Assembly: GCA_965248195.1 (NCBI GenBank)
Contig: CBDFIQ010000001.1
Span: forward strand, 1,376,001 to 1,440,000
DNA: 64,000 nt
Source of the DNA: Longimicrobiales bacterium
GTDB taxonomy: Bacteria > Gemmatimonadota > Gemmatimonadetes > Longimicrobiales > Gaopeijiaceae
Direction of reading: 5' to 3'
Of this stretch, positions 10,116 to 18,746 are shown piece by piece. Each line of letters opens with the position of its first letter. Position 1 is the first letter of the stretch. The position numbers and the translations under genes were made by a program. The notes below the pieces were generated by a model, which worked only from the letters and a program-made list of their open reading frames with translations, did not search any database and was not told where the DNA came from.

Positions 10116-10215
10116 GCTTCATCCACGCCCCCCACGAGGGGGGGGCGACCAATACGAGCAACAAGGCCATCACCAAGGCACCGTTTCAATCCACGCCCCC
10201 CACTAGGGGGGCGAC
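10116..10215 (-). CRISPR. Type I-C mini-array: repeat (10183-10215), 33-nt spacer (10150-10182), degenerate repeat (10116-10149)
   Basis: Minus-strand repeat GTCGCCCCCCTAGTGGGGGGCGTGGATTGAAAC (I-C type hairpin, ATTGAAAC end); spacer GGTGCCTTGGTGATGGCCTTGTTGCTCGTATTG; second repeat GTCGCCCCCCCCTCGTGGGGGGCGTGGATGAAGC; 14 bp downstream of the cas7 stop. Confidence 0.93.
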
Positions 10216-10229
10216 TACTGCGTACACGC

Positions 10230-11084
10230 CTACTTCTCCAGCACCGTAACCCCATCAGGAATCCGGCTACCGTCCAGACTCACGTCGTAGTCGGCGTAGG
10301 ACCGAGGCACGTCAACGCCCTCCCGCTTCTGGATGATCAAGGCCTCGAACAGCTGGTGGGACGGCGCATTACCCAACGCGTCATCGTGCTCGAACACGAG
10401 GAGACGCCATTTGGCCATACTGCCTGGTGGACGGGCAGCCGACTGATCGAACTGGAACGCTCTATCGAGGGCCTGCCAGACCAGCTCGAGGTCCTCCTCG
10501 TCAAACCCCGTCTGATCCGCCAGGAAAGGATTCACGAAGCCGTGCGCCCGGTAGATGGCGTAAGGTACCGTGAACTTGCGGCCCATCGTCCGCTCCTTCT
10601 CCAAGTCCTTCACATTCGTCACGGAGCTACGCGTGATCGCATGCTCACTAGTTACGATCGGGTCGATCGACCGGGCGAAGGAAAGCTGAACCGGCCCACG
10701 GACCTGCCCACAGTTCACCTCAGTGCTCATCACTGCGCCAAACGTGCGGATGTCAAAGAAGTTGTGGCACATGAAGTCGGTGAGTGCCTGCGCCTTCTTC
10801 TGGTCCTTGGGGAGTCTCCTGGAGACCGGCTTCTCCCCAACGTGTTCGTATGCACGCTCATGGGTGTTGTTGAGCACGGCCTTGTCGGTGAAGTAGATCT
10901 CATGCCGCGGCTCGCTCGTTTTCGTGAGCGCCACGAAGTTACGAATCTTCCGCTTGAGGCAAACGTCGGTCACCAGTCCCTGCCCGGTCTCCGCGTCGAT
11001 GCGGGGGAGGTTCCCGGCATCGGGGTCCCCATTGGGGTTGGCATCGGTTACGTCGAACACGAAAATGAAGTCGTAGCGCTTCAT
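10230..11084 (-). CDS. cas7c: Type I-C Cascade backbone Cas7c/Csd2
   Basis: NPNGDPDAGNLPRID, TDVCLKRKIRN, FFDIRTFGAV, GQVRGPVQ, RTMGRK motifs. Confidence 0.97.
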   Translation of the reverse strand: MKRYDFIFVFDVTDANPNGDPDAGNLPRIDAETGQGLVTDVCLKRKIRNFVALTKTSEPRHEIYFTDKAVLNNTHERAYEHVGEKPVSRRLPKDQKKAQALTDFMCHNFFDIRTFGAVMSTEVNCGQVRGPVQLSFARSIDPIVTSEHAITRSSVTNVKDLEKERTMGRKFTVPYAIYRAHGFVNPFLADQTGFDEEDLELVWQALDRAFQFDQSAARPPGSMAKWRLLVFEHDDALGNAPSHQLFEALIIQKREGVDVPRSYADYDVSLDGSRIPDGVTVLEK

Positions 11085-12877
11085 GCGGCTGAGTTTGCTT
11101 CCGAGTTTTCGTTGCTCCTTCGCTTTGTGTAGAGAGCTCTCGTCTGGTGGTAGTACCCGAGGGCAAACAGGCCCTGTTCGTTGAGATTGAAATGAGCCGG
11201 AAAGCCATCGAGAGGATCGAGCACTTCCTGAAGGAGTCGCTCTCGGTTTGTTCGATGACCCCCATCCAGCTTCGCTAGATGGTGCTGGTAGGTGCGTAGC
11301 AAACGTGGGAAGACCGTACGGGGCATCGCCGCCGCCGAGCTGTAATAGCTGCCTCGGATCGTGTTGTTCAGCTTTCGGCCCAGGGCGTCCTTTTGAGTCT
11401 TCTCGATGGCCGCGAACGCTCGACCGAGCCGATACGCCGGGCTGGTGTTCTCCAAGTCCAGGCTCATACTCACCTCCTGGTGTTTGTTGCGGACGAGGTA
11501 CCCCTTGAGGACACAGGCACGGGGGTAATTGATCAAACGGTCGGTGTGGATTCGTCGAACTACGGCGCTGAACAGGCCCTGGGGATACGGGACGCCCTGA
11601 AGCACGGCCCGAAGGAGTGGGCCGGCAAGAACCGGAGGGATCTTCTCTCGGTCCGGCTTGCCCTGCTTGGTCGGACAGGTCTGGTCCAACAACATGCCGT
11701 ACGACGGAAATTCCGGATCCGCCCGTCGTTTTCCAGAAGCGGGCTGGGGCTCTGTGCCGCTATCATCGTGATGCTTCTTGAGGTTGTCGAGGAGATCGCG
11801 CACTGTACCCTGATGAAAGGACCGCACCGATATGCGAGCCGCATTCGGTGCGAGTCCCAACAGATAAAAGCCGGTTCTATCGGGGTCCTCATCGAGGGCT
11901 CCGTACCCACGTCCCGAGCGTAGAGCCCTCAAGAACATCTCGAACCTCGACTTCATGGCCTCGTCCTGAACGTCGCCGCCACTCGAACCGCGGCGGAGGT
12001 ATTGCGCGAGGCAATCCTCGACGGCACTCGGCTTGTCCGTCCAGAACACCACCGTGGTGGCTCCGAGTTGGATGCGGTGCTTGTCCCGCATCGGGCCTTC
12101 GAGAAGGGCGTTGAGGCCCGTGGCATACCGGAAAGCAGCTGATTCGGAGACGGGTGCGTTGTGGCTCTGCGTTTTGCCGAAGGACTCGTAAGCCCCTTCG
12201 TTGAACGAGACGAGGGTGGCGCCTGCGGACTGTGCGCCCGCTACGCCCTTGATCTTCGGGGAATGCGTCTTGGCCACCGGGCCGTATTCACCGGTAACGA
12301 GGCACTGGGCCTCAAAGTCCTCGGACCTTTCCTTCGTGTGGCTGGCCCACCAGGCTCTTACTTCCGGCACGTCATGGACGTAGCCGAGGTCGCCTTGGAT
12401 CTGGAAAACGCCGAACCCGGTGTTGGTGTGCTCCAGCACCGGAAACTGAGCAACGACATCATGGCCCGCAGCGGGATTCCAGTTGGTCAAGAAAGCACAC
12501 ACCGCAGAAAAAGTCGGCGCGTCGATCTCGGTATTCAGTCGGAGGTGCCGATCCCGAAACCCTTCGAAGGCTCTTAGCGCACGGGCACGCTTCTTGGGAT
12601 CGGCATCGTACCCCAGGAGGTAGGCCGTGTTGTCCCAGAGGAAACCGGGGTTGATTCCCGATCCGGAAGACTTCGCCTGCCCGGGCACGAGGACGCGTTG
12701 GGGGCGGAGCTTGCCCGCTTCGTTCTGCCGCGCGTCCTGAATGTCGAAGAGAGTCCCGTCGGGCCGCAGGACGATCTTGAAAGTGATCTTCTGCACGCTG
12801 TGGCCGAATGGAGGGATTTTGTAAGTGGTATCTTCGCTCAAACGATCATAGAGCGCGACCAGTGACTGTAGGATCAT
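11081..12877 (-). CDS. cas8c: Type I-C Cascade large subunit Cas8c/Csd1
   Basis: MILQSLVALYDRL, FLWDNTAYLLG, CLVTGE, LVSFN, LGLAPNAARISVR; internal MSLD start typical of Cas11c; EQGLFALGYYHQ. Confidence 0.97.
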   Translation of the reverse strand: MILQSLVALYDRLSEDTTYKIPPFGHSVQKITFKIVLRPDGTLFDIQDARQNEAGKLRPQRVLVPGQAKSSGSGINPGFLWDNTAYLLGYDADPKKRARALRAFEGFRDRHLRLNTEIDAPTFSAVCAFLTNWNPAAGHDVVAQFPVLEHTNTGFGVFQIQGDLGYVHDVPEVRAWWASHTKERSEDFEAQCLVTGEYGPVAKTHSPKIKGVAGAQSAGATLVSFNEGAYESFGKTQSHNAPVSESAAFRYATGLNALLEGPMRDKHRIQLGATTVVFWTDKPSAVEDCLAQYLRRGSSGGDVQDEAMKSRFEMFLRALRSGRGYGALDEDPDRTGFYLLGLAPNAARISVRSFHQGTVRDLLDNLKKHHDDSGTEPQPASGKRRADPEFPSYGMLLDQTCPTKQGKPDREKIPPVLAGPLLRAVLQGVPYPQGLFSAVVRRIHTDRLINYPRACVLKGYLVRNKHQEVSMSLDLENTSPAYRLGRAFAAIEKTQKDALGRKLNNTIRGSYYSSAAAMPRTVFPRLLRTYQHHLAKLDGGHRTNRERLLQEVLDPLDGFPAHFNLNEQGLFALGYYHQTRALYTKRRSNENSEANSAA

Positions 12878-12880
12878 GGC

Positions 12881-13597
12881 TCAGGCCCTGGCGCTCTCGA
12901 GCGCCGGGACGTCGAGCACACCGTCCTGCAATATCGCTCGGAAAAATCGCGGCTGAGCTGTCACCCGCCGTCCCTGACTGGACTCGATGACGGCACCTTT
13001 TGGATCCGGAATGAAAAGGTGATCGTGGAACAGGAACCCCAGATCCTTTGCGCCCCTCAACTCCGTGGGACACCCAGGAAACGAATCAAGGAGCTCAAAG
13101 CTCGCAGGGAACTCCCTGCACCCCAGGTAGGGGTGATGGAAGTACTGTCCCTTCCTGCCACGTCGCTTGAAGGTGTCCAGGTGCTTGGCCTCGGGGTTCG
13201 TTGTCCCAGCCTCCCCCTTGTCCGTCAGCTCCACGTGTGCCTGGATTCCGTAGGACACGTCCCGAAGTAGCAGGGCGGCTCTCTGCTGGCGGTGTTCGTC
13301 AACGGCCATGCCCAATCGCCCAGCACCAGCTTTCATTGCCGCCTCGACGCCAGACTTGCCCCGCATGGGGATCTTCGCGTCGATCTCGTTTCGCCGAATC
13401 TGCGTGCGCCGGATGGGAGCCAACACATGAATCCGGTCAACGACCCACCGCATTTCCGGTTTCCAGTAGATCGCCTCGAGAATGCCACGTGCCGCGCTGG
13501 GGGTCAGGATGTCGTAGGAAACCCGCTCCACTTTCATTTCAGGGCGGTTGAACGAAGCCAGATCCCCCCAAACCCTCAATCGCACGCCATAGGCCAT
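12881..13597 (-). CDS. cas5c: Type I-C Cas5c (Cas5d) pre-crRNA endoribonuclease
   Basis: VWGDLASFNRPEMKVERVSYDILTPSAARGILEAIYWKP, AKH, PYLGCREF; start at 13597 or 13609. Confidence 0.97.
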   Translation of the reverse strand: MAYGVRLRVWGDLASFNRPEMKVERVSYDILTPSAARGILEAIYWKPEMRWVVDRIHVLAPIRRTQIRRNEIDAKIPMRGKSGVEAAMKAGAGRLGMAVDEHRQQRAALLLRDVSYGIQAHVELTDKGEAGTTNPEAKHLDTFKRRGRKGQYFHHPYLGCREFPASFELLDSFPGCPTELRGAKDLGFLFHDHLFIPDPKGAVIESSQGRRVTAQPRFFRAILQDGVLDVPALESARA

Positions 13598-13707
13598 ACT
13601 GGACCCCATTCCCTCATCATCCCCACCACCCCGTCGTCACATGGTCGCCCGCACGTGGTCTCCTCCCGTCGCCGCGGTGGGGCCGCTTACGAGGGGATAC
13701 CTACTAA

Positions 13708-13734
13708 GACGTAGGGAAGGACGGGAAAGTTGCA
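13708..13734 (-). promoter_or_regulatory. Putative ECF-type promoter TGCAAC-N17-CGTC upstream of cas5c, overlapped by palindrome CCTAC-N6-GTAGG (13700-13715)
   Basis: Minus strand reads cTGCAACtttcccgtccttccctaCGTCttag; same boxes and spacing as 3968-3994. Confidence 0.55.
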
Positions 13735-13897
13735 GGAACGGGTCGAGGAGGGGCGGCTGCGGCGCGCCCGGCTAGAGGATGCTAGTCCCTCAGCTTAGTG
13801 CGGGAGCAGGCGGGATCGGGGACCTAGAGGCTCTACTTCACAGGAATTGCTGCAGTCGTGGCCAACAGGTCGTAGAGGATGGACATCTGGCAGTTCA

Positions 13898-15244
13898 TTA
13901 CCCTCTGAACGTAATGGGGACTTCGATCCATACGGCAACCGGCTCGGTTCCGTTCATAGCCGGGGTGAACCGCAAAACGTCCGCGACCCTGAGGGCAGCT
14001 TCGTCCAACTGCGCCCGGCCTGAAGTCCGGGAAACTCTCGCGTCCCCGACCACGCCGTCGTCGGAAATGAAGAACCAAACCCTCACCGTCCCACCGATTC
14101 CGGCATCCCGAAGCGCAGCGGGATACTCCCGCATCAGGGCTGCCTGGACCTCTTCCCGGTTTGTGATCTCCGGCCGGACGGTCATAGGTGTGAACACAGG
14201 ACCCGCCTGGACTGCCGCCGCGTCTCGCGACTCCACCTGAAGTGGCTCGGGGCTTGTCGTGGGCGCCGACTGACTCGCTGGCGGCTCGACCTCGACGATT
14301 GGCGGGTCCGCTTCTCCCGCCACCGGACTCGTCGGGGGGGCCATGGGCGGATCCACAGCACACGAAGCCACCACGAGCAGTGCTGCGAGCAGTGTCAGTC
14401 CGACGGTACGCGTGTACCGGGGGTCGCGAGTGTCGGTCATGGCAAGGATCCTCTGTTCGATCGATGGGATCGGGCGAGCGAAAGCCAGCGCGCTCAACCG
14501 TGAGGCCGTGCCTCGAGCGCCGATCTCAACAAGAAGCCTGGCGTACCGCTTCACGTCCGCCAATCGGTTAAGGACGCGATGGTCACAGTCGATCTCGATG
14601 GCCAGGCGAAGCCGGTGAACCTGCCACCAGAGAGGGAGGTTCCACGGAAGGAGCGTCAGAAGAAGAAGAGAGAGGCCTGCCAGGCGCGTATCGCCCGCGT
14701 TACAGTGCTCCCCTTCGTGCTGGAGCATCAACTCTTGCTCCCGCGGTGGCATGCCAAACGCCCAGCGCGGCATCACGATCACCGATCGGATCCATCCCAC
14801 GACGCCGGGGCCGAGGTCTTCCGAAACCAGAACGTCCCGGCCATGGAGTTCCGACGGCGTCCAAGTGGACCGGTCCGACCGAAGCCGCAGGTGGGCCCGC
14901 AGGAGGACCGCGGCAACCGCAAGAGTCAGCACCACCCAGCCTGCACCGAGCAGCGTGTCGAGGCCAATGCCGGAGGGTGACGCATCCGCCAACCGCGTAA
15001 TGGAGCCGACGACGGGGATCAGAAGAGCGTCGAGTGGAGTGGAGACGACCGTGCCAAGTGGGAGCGCAGAGGCCGGCGGACGTAGGATCGCGACGAGCGT
15101 ATAGCCGAACGACCCGGCCATCGCTCCAGCCCAGATCCAACGCGTGGGAAAAGCGAACACCCGAACGGCGCGTTCGAAGGCCCACGCCGCTAGTCCCAGA
15201 AGAAGGCTCACGCTCATCACATAGACCATCAGGCTCAATAGCAT
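13898..15244 (-). CDS. BlaR1-like M56 peptidase fused to a TonB C-terminal domain
   Basis: TM N-terminus, HEGEH, PWNLPLWW...EIDCD (M56); YPAALRDAGIGGTVRVWFFI...FTPAMNG..PVAVWIEVPITF (TonB_C). Confidence 0.92.
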   Translation of the reverse strand: MLLSLMVYVMSVSLLLGLAAWAFERAVRVFAFPTRWIWAGAMAGSFGYTLVAILRPPASALPLGTVVSTPLDALLIPVVGSITRLADASPSGIGLDTLLGAGWVVLTLAVAAVLLRAHLRLRSDRSTWTPSELHGRDVLVSEDLGPGVVGWIRSVIVMPRWAFGMPPREQELMLQHEGEHCNAGDTRLAGLSLLLLTLLPWNLPLWWQVHRLRLAIEIDCDHRVLNRLADVKRYARLLVEIGARGTASRLSALAFARPIPSIEQRILAMTDTRDPRYTRTVGLTLLAALLVVASCAVDPPMAPPTSPVAGEADPPIVEVEPPASQSAPTTSPEPLQVESRDAAAVQAGPVFTPMTVRPEITNREEVQAALMREYPAALRDAGIGGTVRVWFFISDDGVVGDARVSRTSGRAQLDEAALRVADVLRFTPAMNGTEPVAVWIEVPITFRG

Positions 15245-15633
15245 CAGTCTTCCTCCCCTTCCGAGCCCTCACCCAGACGCTCGTCGACGAGTTGGCGCAG
15301 CCGGTGGAGTTCCCGTTCGTCCATGCCACGGTCGGAAACGAGTTGGACCAGGAGCAACTCTGGCGAGCCCTTGAATACCTTCTTCACGAGCCGCCGTAGC
15401 TCCCGCCGGCCTGCCGCCGTCCAGTCCACGAGAGCGTAGTAACGGTAGGCCCGCCCCTCCGCCTCATGCCGCACATACCCCTTCTCCCTGAGCGTCCTCA
15501 GCACGGAGAGCACCGTCGTGTAGGCGAGGGGATCGCCCAATCGCTCCTGGACCTCTGCGACCGTTGCGGAGTCCAGATCCCAGAGGATGGACATCACGTC
15601 CAGTTCGCGGGGTGTGAAGGTGTCCGGCGGCAT
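15244..15633 (-). CDS. BlaI/MecI/CopY family repressor
   Basis: FTPRELDVMSILW...LAYTTVLSVLRTLREKGYV...GRAYRY. Confidence 0.95.
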   Translation of the reverse strand: MPPDTFTPRELDVMSILWDLDSATVAEVQERLGDPLAYTTVLSVLRTLREKGYVRHEAEGRAYRYYALVDWTAAGRRELRRLVKKVFKGSPELLLVQLVSDRGMDERELHRLRQLVDERLGEGSEGEED

Positions 15634-15646
15634 GATCCTACCCTTG

Positions 15647-15709
15647 TTACGGGAATTCTAGTAGCAACATGGGGATTGCCTCCGTCCCTGTCAACTAGAA
15701 AACCCGTAG
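15647..15709. promoter_or_regulatory. Inverted pair of putative BlaI-family operator boxes
   Basis: TTACGGGAATTCTAGT (15647-15662) versus reverse complement of ACTAGAAAACCCGTAG (15694-15709), 13/16 identical, directly upstream of the repressor. Confidence 0.5.
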
Positions 15710-15738
15710 ATGGATTCTCAACACACATCGATTACCAC

Positions 15739-15870
15739 GCAGAAATCCCCAGCCTCATCGCCGCTGTGGAGACCCACCCGGATGCGCCCTACAGTTCCAT
15801 GATAGAAGTGCTGGATGCGCTCCACTCCGCAAACGCCGAGCGTATCTCGCTCCAGATGCTGGAGAACTAG
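15739..15870 (+). pseudogene. C-terminal fragment of an ExbD/TolR biopolymer transporter
   Basis: LIAAVETHPDAPYSSMIEVLDAL..ANAERISL* resembles the ExbD C-terminus; no N-terminal TM segment. Confidence 0.6.
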
Positions 15871-15967
15871 GGGAGGCGCGATCAGAGGCGGCGGCATTTT
15901 CGAGGCTGAATGCTAGCATCCCCCGCTCGTTTGAAGGAAATCCAGCCGTAACTGCGTACATTCAGGT

Positions 15968-16885
15968 ATGCCTGCCCCTGTTATTTCGGTCTCTCATCTG
16001 GGAAAGAGCTACGGGTCCACCGTTGCCATGGACGATGTATCGCTTGAGATCCACAAGGGTGAGATCTTTGGCCTGATAGGTCCGAACGGCGCGGGGAAGA
16101 CGACTACGATGGAGTGTGTGGAAGGCCTGCGGAAGGCCGACAAAGGCACGATTTCGGTACTGGGCCTCGATCCGCGACGAGACGCCACTGCGCTTCAGCA
16201 TCGGATCGGCGTCCAGCATCAGGAGGCGCAACTCCAGAAGCGGATCAAGGTTTGGGAGGCCGTTGATCTGTGGTCCGCGCTCTACTCGCACGTTGTCGAC
16301 ACCGAAGCACTCCTGGCTCGACTCGGTCTCGAAGCCAAGCGGAACGCCTGGTTCATGACGCTCTCAGGAGGCCAGAAGCAGAGACTTTTTATTGCGTTGG
16401 CCATGATCCACGATCCCGAAGTGCTCTTCCTGGACGAGGTGACCACGGGACTCGATCCGCAGGCTCGTCGCGCTATCTGGGGACTGATCACGGGCATCCG
16501 GGAGCGCGGCAAGACGGTCTTCCTTACCACACACCTGATGGAGGAAGCGGAACGCCTTTGCGACCGCGTGGCGATCATCGACCACGGCCGGTTGGTCGAG
16601 GTCGGGACACCGGCGGACTTGGTCGAGAAGCACTGCCCGGAACGGGGTGTGGTGTTCACGAGCGTCGGGACCGGCGCGGCCGAGTGTTTGGCTGGGGTAC
16701 CTTCAGTTGTATCGGCGGCGAGTGAGGGGCGCACCCACACGCTTCGGGGCGAGGGTGACGACTTCGTGACCGACGTCATCAACTTCATTGCTCGCGAGGG
16801 CATTCGGGTCGAGGGGTTCCGTACAGAGATTCCTACTCTTGAAGACGTTTTCCTGAAGCTCACTGGCCACGGAATCAGGGACTGA
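15968..16885 (+). CDS. ABC-2 type exporter ATP-binding protein
   Basis: GPNGAGKTT, LSGGQKQR, LFLDE, TTHLMEEAE. Confidence 0.95.
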   Translation: MPAPVISVSHLGKSYGSTVAMDDVSLEIHKGEIFGLIGPNGAGKTTTMECVEGLRKADKGTISVLGLDPRRDATALQHRIGVQHQEAQLQKRIKVWEAVDLWSALYSHVVDTEALLARLGLEAKRNAWFMTLSGGQKQRLFIALAMIHDPEVLFLDEVTTGLDPQARRAIWGLITGIRERGKTVFLTTHLMEEAERLCDRVAIIDHGRLVEVGTPADLVEKHCPERGVVFTSVGTGAAECLAGVPSVVSAASEGRTHTLRGEGDDFVTDVINFIAREGIRVEGFRTEIPTLEDVFLKLTGHGIRD

Positions 16886-16888
16886 CCG

Positions 16889-17632
16889 ATGCTGAACGGA
16901 TTCTGGAAGCTGACTTGGGTCGAGACCAAAGTCTTCACGAGGGAGCCGATGGGATTCGTGGTGAGCCTCGCCCTGCCGGTGATCCTCTTCATCCTTCTGG
17001 GGCGGTCCATGAGCTTCGGCCAGCTGGAGACCACCCCCGCGGCTCAGGCTCCGTTCAACCTGCCGATCCTGTTCGCGCTCATCATCGCCCTCCAGGCGGT
17101 AGCTTCGCTCGTCGTGATCATCTCGATCTACAGGGAAGGAGGGATCCTCAAGCGCCTCCGGGCCACGCCGCTTTCCCCCGTGACGATCCTGAGCGCTCAC
17201 GTGTTCGTCAAGCTCGCCTTCACGTTGGTCAGTTTGGGGCTTCTGGTCTTGGCCGGGCGGCAGTTCTTCCCCGGTGCGATGGACGTGCACTTGCCCAGCT
17301 TCACGGCGGCTCTCCTACTGAGCACGCTGAGCATTCTCTCGCTCGGCTTCGTGATTGCCAGTCTCGTTCCCACGGCTCGGTTTGCCCGGCCGATCGTTGC
17401 GGGATTCCTTTATCCGATGATCGCGTTGTCGGGTCTGTTCTTTCCCGTCGAACGGCTCCCGTCCCCGCTTCAGGTCGTCGCGCAGGGGCTCCCCACCACA
17501 CACGCCGTCTCGCTCATGCAGGGGATCTGGGACGGCTCGGGTTGGGGTGCGCACTGGGGGAGCGTGGTGGGGTTGATTCTCGTGTTCGGGGTTTGCACCG
17601 GGCTTTCGACGAAGGTCTTTCGTTGGGAGTGA
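16889..17632 (+). CDS. ABC-2 type exporter permease
   Basis: Multiple TM segments; YREGGILKRLRATP; SGLFFPVERLP; ends FRWE. Confidence 0.92.
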   Translation: MLNGFWKLTWVETKVFTREPMGFVVSLALPVILFILLGRSMSFGQLETTPAAQAPFNLPILFALIIALQAVASLVVIISIYREGGILKRLRATPLSPVTILSAHVFVKLAFTLVSLGLLVLAGRQFFPGAMDVHLPSFTAALLLSTLSILSLGFVIASLVPTARFARPIVAGFLYPMIALSGLFFPVERLPSPLQVVAQGLPTTHAVSLMQGIWDGSGWGAHWGSVVGLILVFGVCTGLSTKVFRWE

Positions 17633-17790
17633 CTCCCGCGGCCAATGCCGTACCAGAGCAGTAGGTCCGGAAAGCACTCCTTTCGCCTCGTCCGCGGGTC
17701 GGTTACAATACGTACGTGAGGCTACCGCAGTTGTTCGGCGACGCGAAGCGCGCCTGTCGAACAACTGTAATTGGGAGAAGAGGCAAGGCG

Positions 17791-18732
17791 ATGCAACGAG
17801 CCCGTTTTGTAGCGATAGTCGTGGTTCTGGGCGCCACGTTCGGCGCGGAATCCTGGCAGCCACTGGAAGCTCAGGACCCGGCGGATTGTCGGACCCCGCG
17901 AGCGTCTTGCGACGGCTTCGATCGTTTTAGTCTATTCCCCGCGAACACCCCGACTTGGTCGCCGCAGATGATCCGCGATTCAGGCCGGCCGATCGTGCCC
18001 GTCTTCGAAGGTTGGTTTCAGAATGAGGACGGCACCTACACGCTCTCCTTCGGCTACGCCAGCATGAACCTCGAGGAAGCGCTCCACATCCCGCTTGGGC
18101 CGGACAACTTCATTGAGCCGAGCGAGTTCGACGGGGGCCAGCCCACGTACTTCAAGGAAATTCACCGGCGCATTCGCCGGCCGTGGAACAGTTTCATGAT
18201 CACGGTTCCCGCGGACTTCGGAGATCAACGCGTCGTCTGGACACTGCGAAATCACGGGCAGACGTATTCCACCCCCGGGCACGTGATGTCTCCCCACTAC
18301 ATCATAGAGAACCCAATAGCGCCTGCGAGGTACCTGCAAGGGACCGCCAGCGGCTACGCGCCGCTGCTCCGTTTCGACCCGGCCGATCCTTGGGTACAAG
18401 GCCTCGGCGGGACCCGGACGGGTCCGCTCACCGCGAGAGTCGGCGAACCACTGGCGATCTCTGCCTGGGTGAATTCGGGCGAAACACTGTACGAGGGGCC
18501 AGAGAGCTGGCTGTACTGGATGCACTATTCAGGGCCCGGCGAAGTGACTTTCAGCGAAGACGAGGTCGAAGTCCCATTAACTGAGGGCGAGGGAATGGGC
18601 ATGACGAGCGTTACATTTAGTGAAGCGGGGGATTACGTGCTGCTCGTGCAGTCGATCGAAACCCTCCGTAACAGCTTTGAATACCATTGTTGCTTTACCA
18701 ATGGGTGGGTCGAGGTCACCGTCACCAACTGA
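17791..18732 (+). CDS. Conserved hypothetical secreted protein, upstream partner of the cytochrome/monooxygenase gene
   Basis: Signal peptide; SGRPIVPVFEGW...FGY...IPLGPDNFIEP...GQPTYF; C-terminal CC-x-TN motif. Confidence 0.8.
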   Translation: MQRARFVAIVVVLGATFGAESWQPLEAQDPADCRTPRASCDGFDRFSLFPANTPTWSPQMIRDSGRPIVPVFEGWFQNEDGTYTLSFGYASMNLEEALHIPLGPDNFIEPSEFDGGQPTYFKEIHRRIRRPWNSFMITVPADFGDQRVVWTLRNHGQTYSTPGHVMSPHYIIENPIAPARYLQGTASGYAPLLRFDPADPWVQGLGGTRTGPLTARVGEPLAISAWVNSGETLYEGPESWLYWMHYSGPGEVTFSEDEVEVPLTEGEGMGMTSVTFSEAGDYVLLVQSIETLRNSFEYHCCFTNGWVEVTVTN

Positions 18733-18746
18733 CCGGAGAATTTCAC

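Noticed and set aside
10116..13609. CRISPR-associated transposon (CAST)
   Set aside because: No tnsA/B/C or tniQ genes or Tn7-like ends nearby; the only IS end is 50 kb away.
13610..13740. Spacer self-targeting the cas promoter (CreR/crlRNA-type autoregulation)
   Set aside because: By eye there is no TTC-flanked seed match to GGTGCCTTGG on either strand here.
13610..13897. Possible cas3 remnant upstream of cas5c
   Set aside because: No HD or helicase motifs or recognisable Cas3 C-terminus seen; the short ORFs here look spurious.
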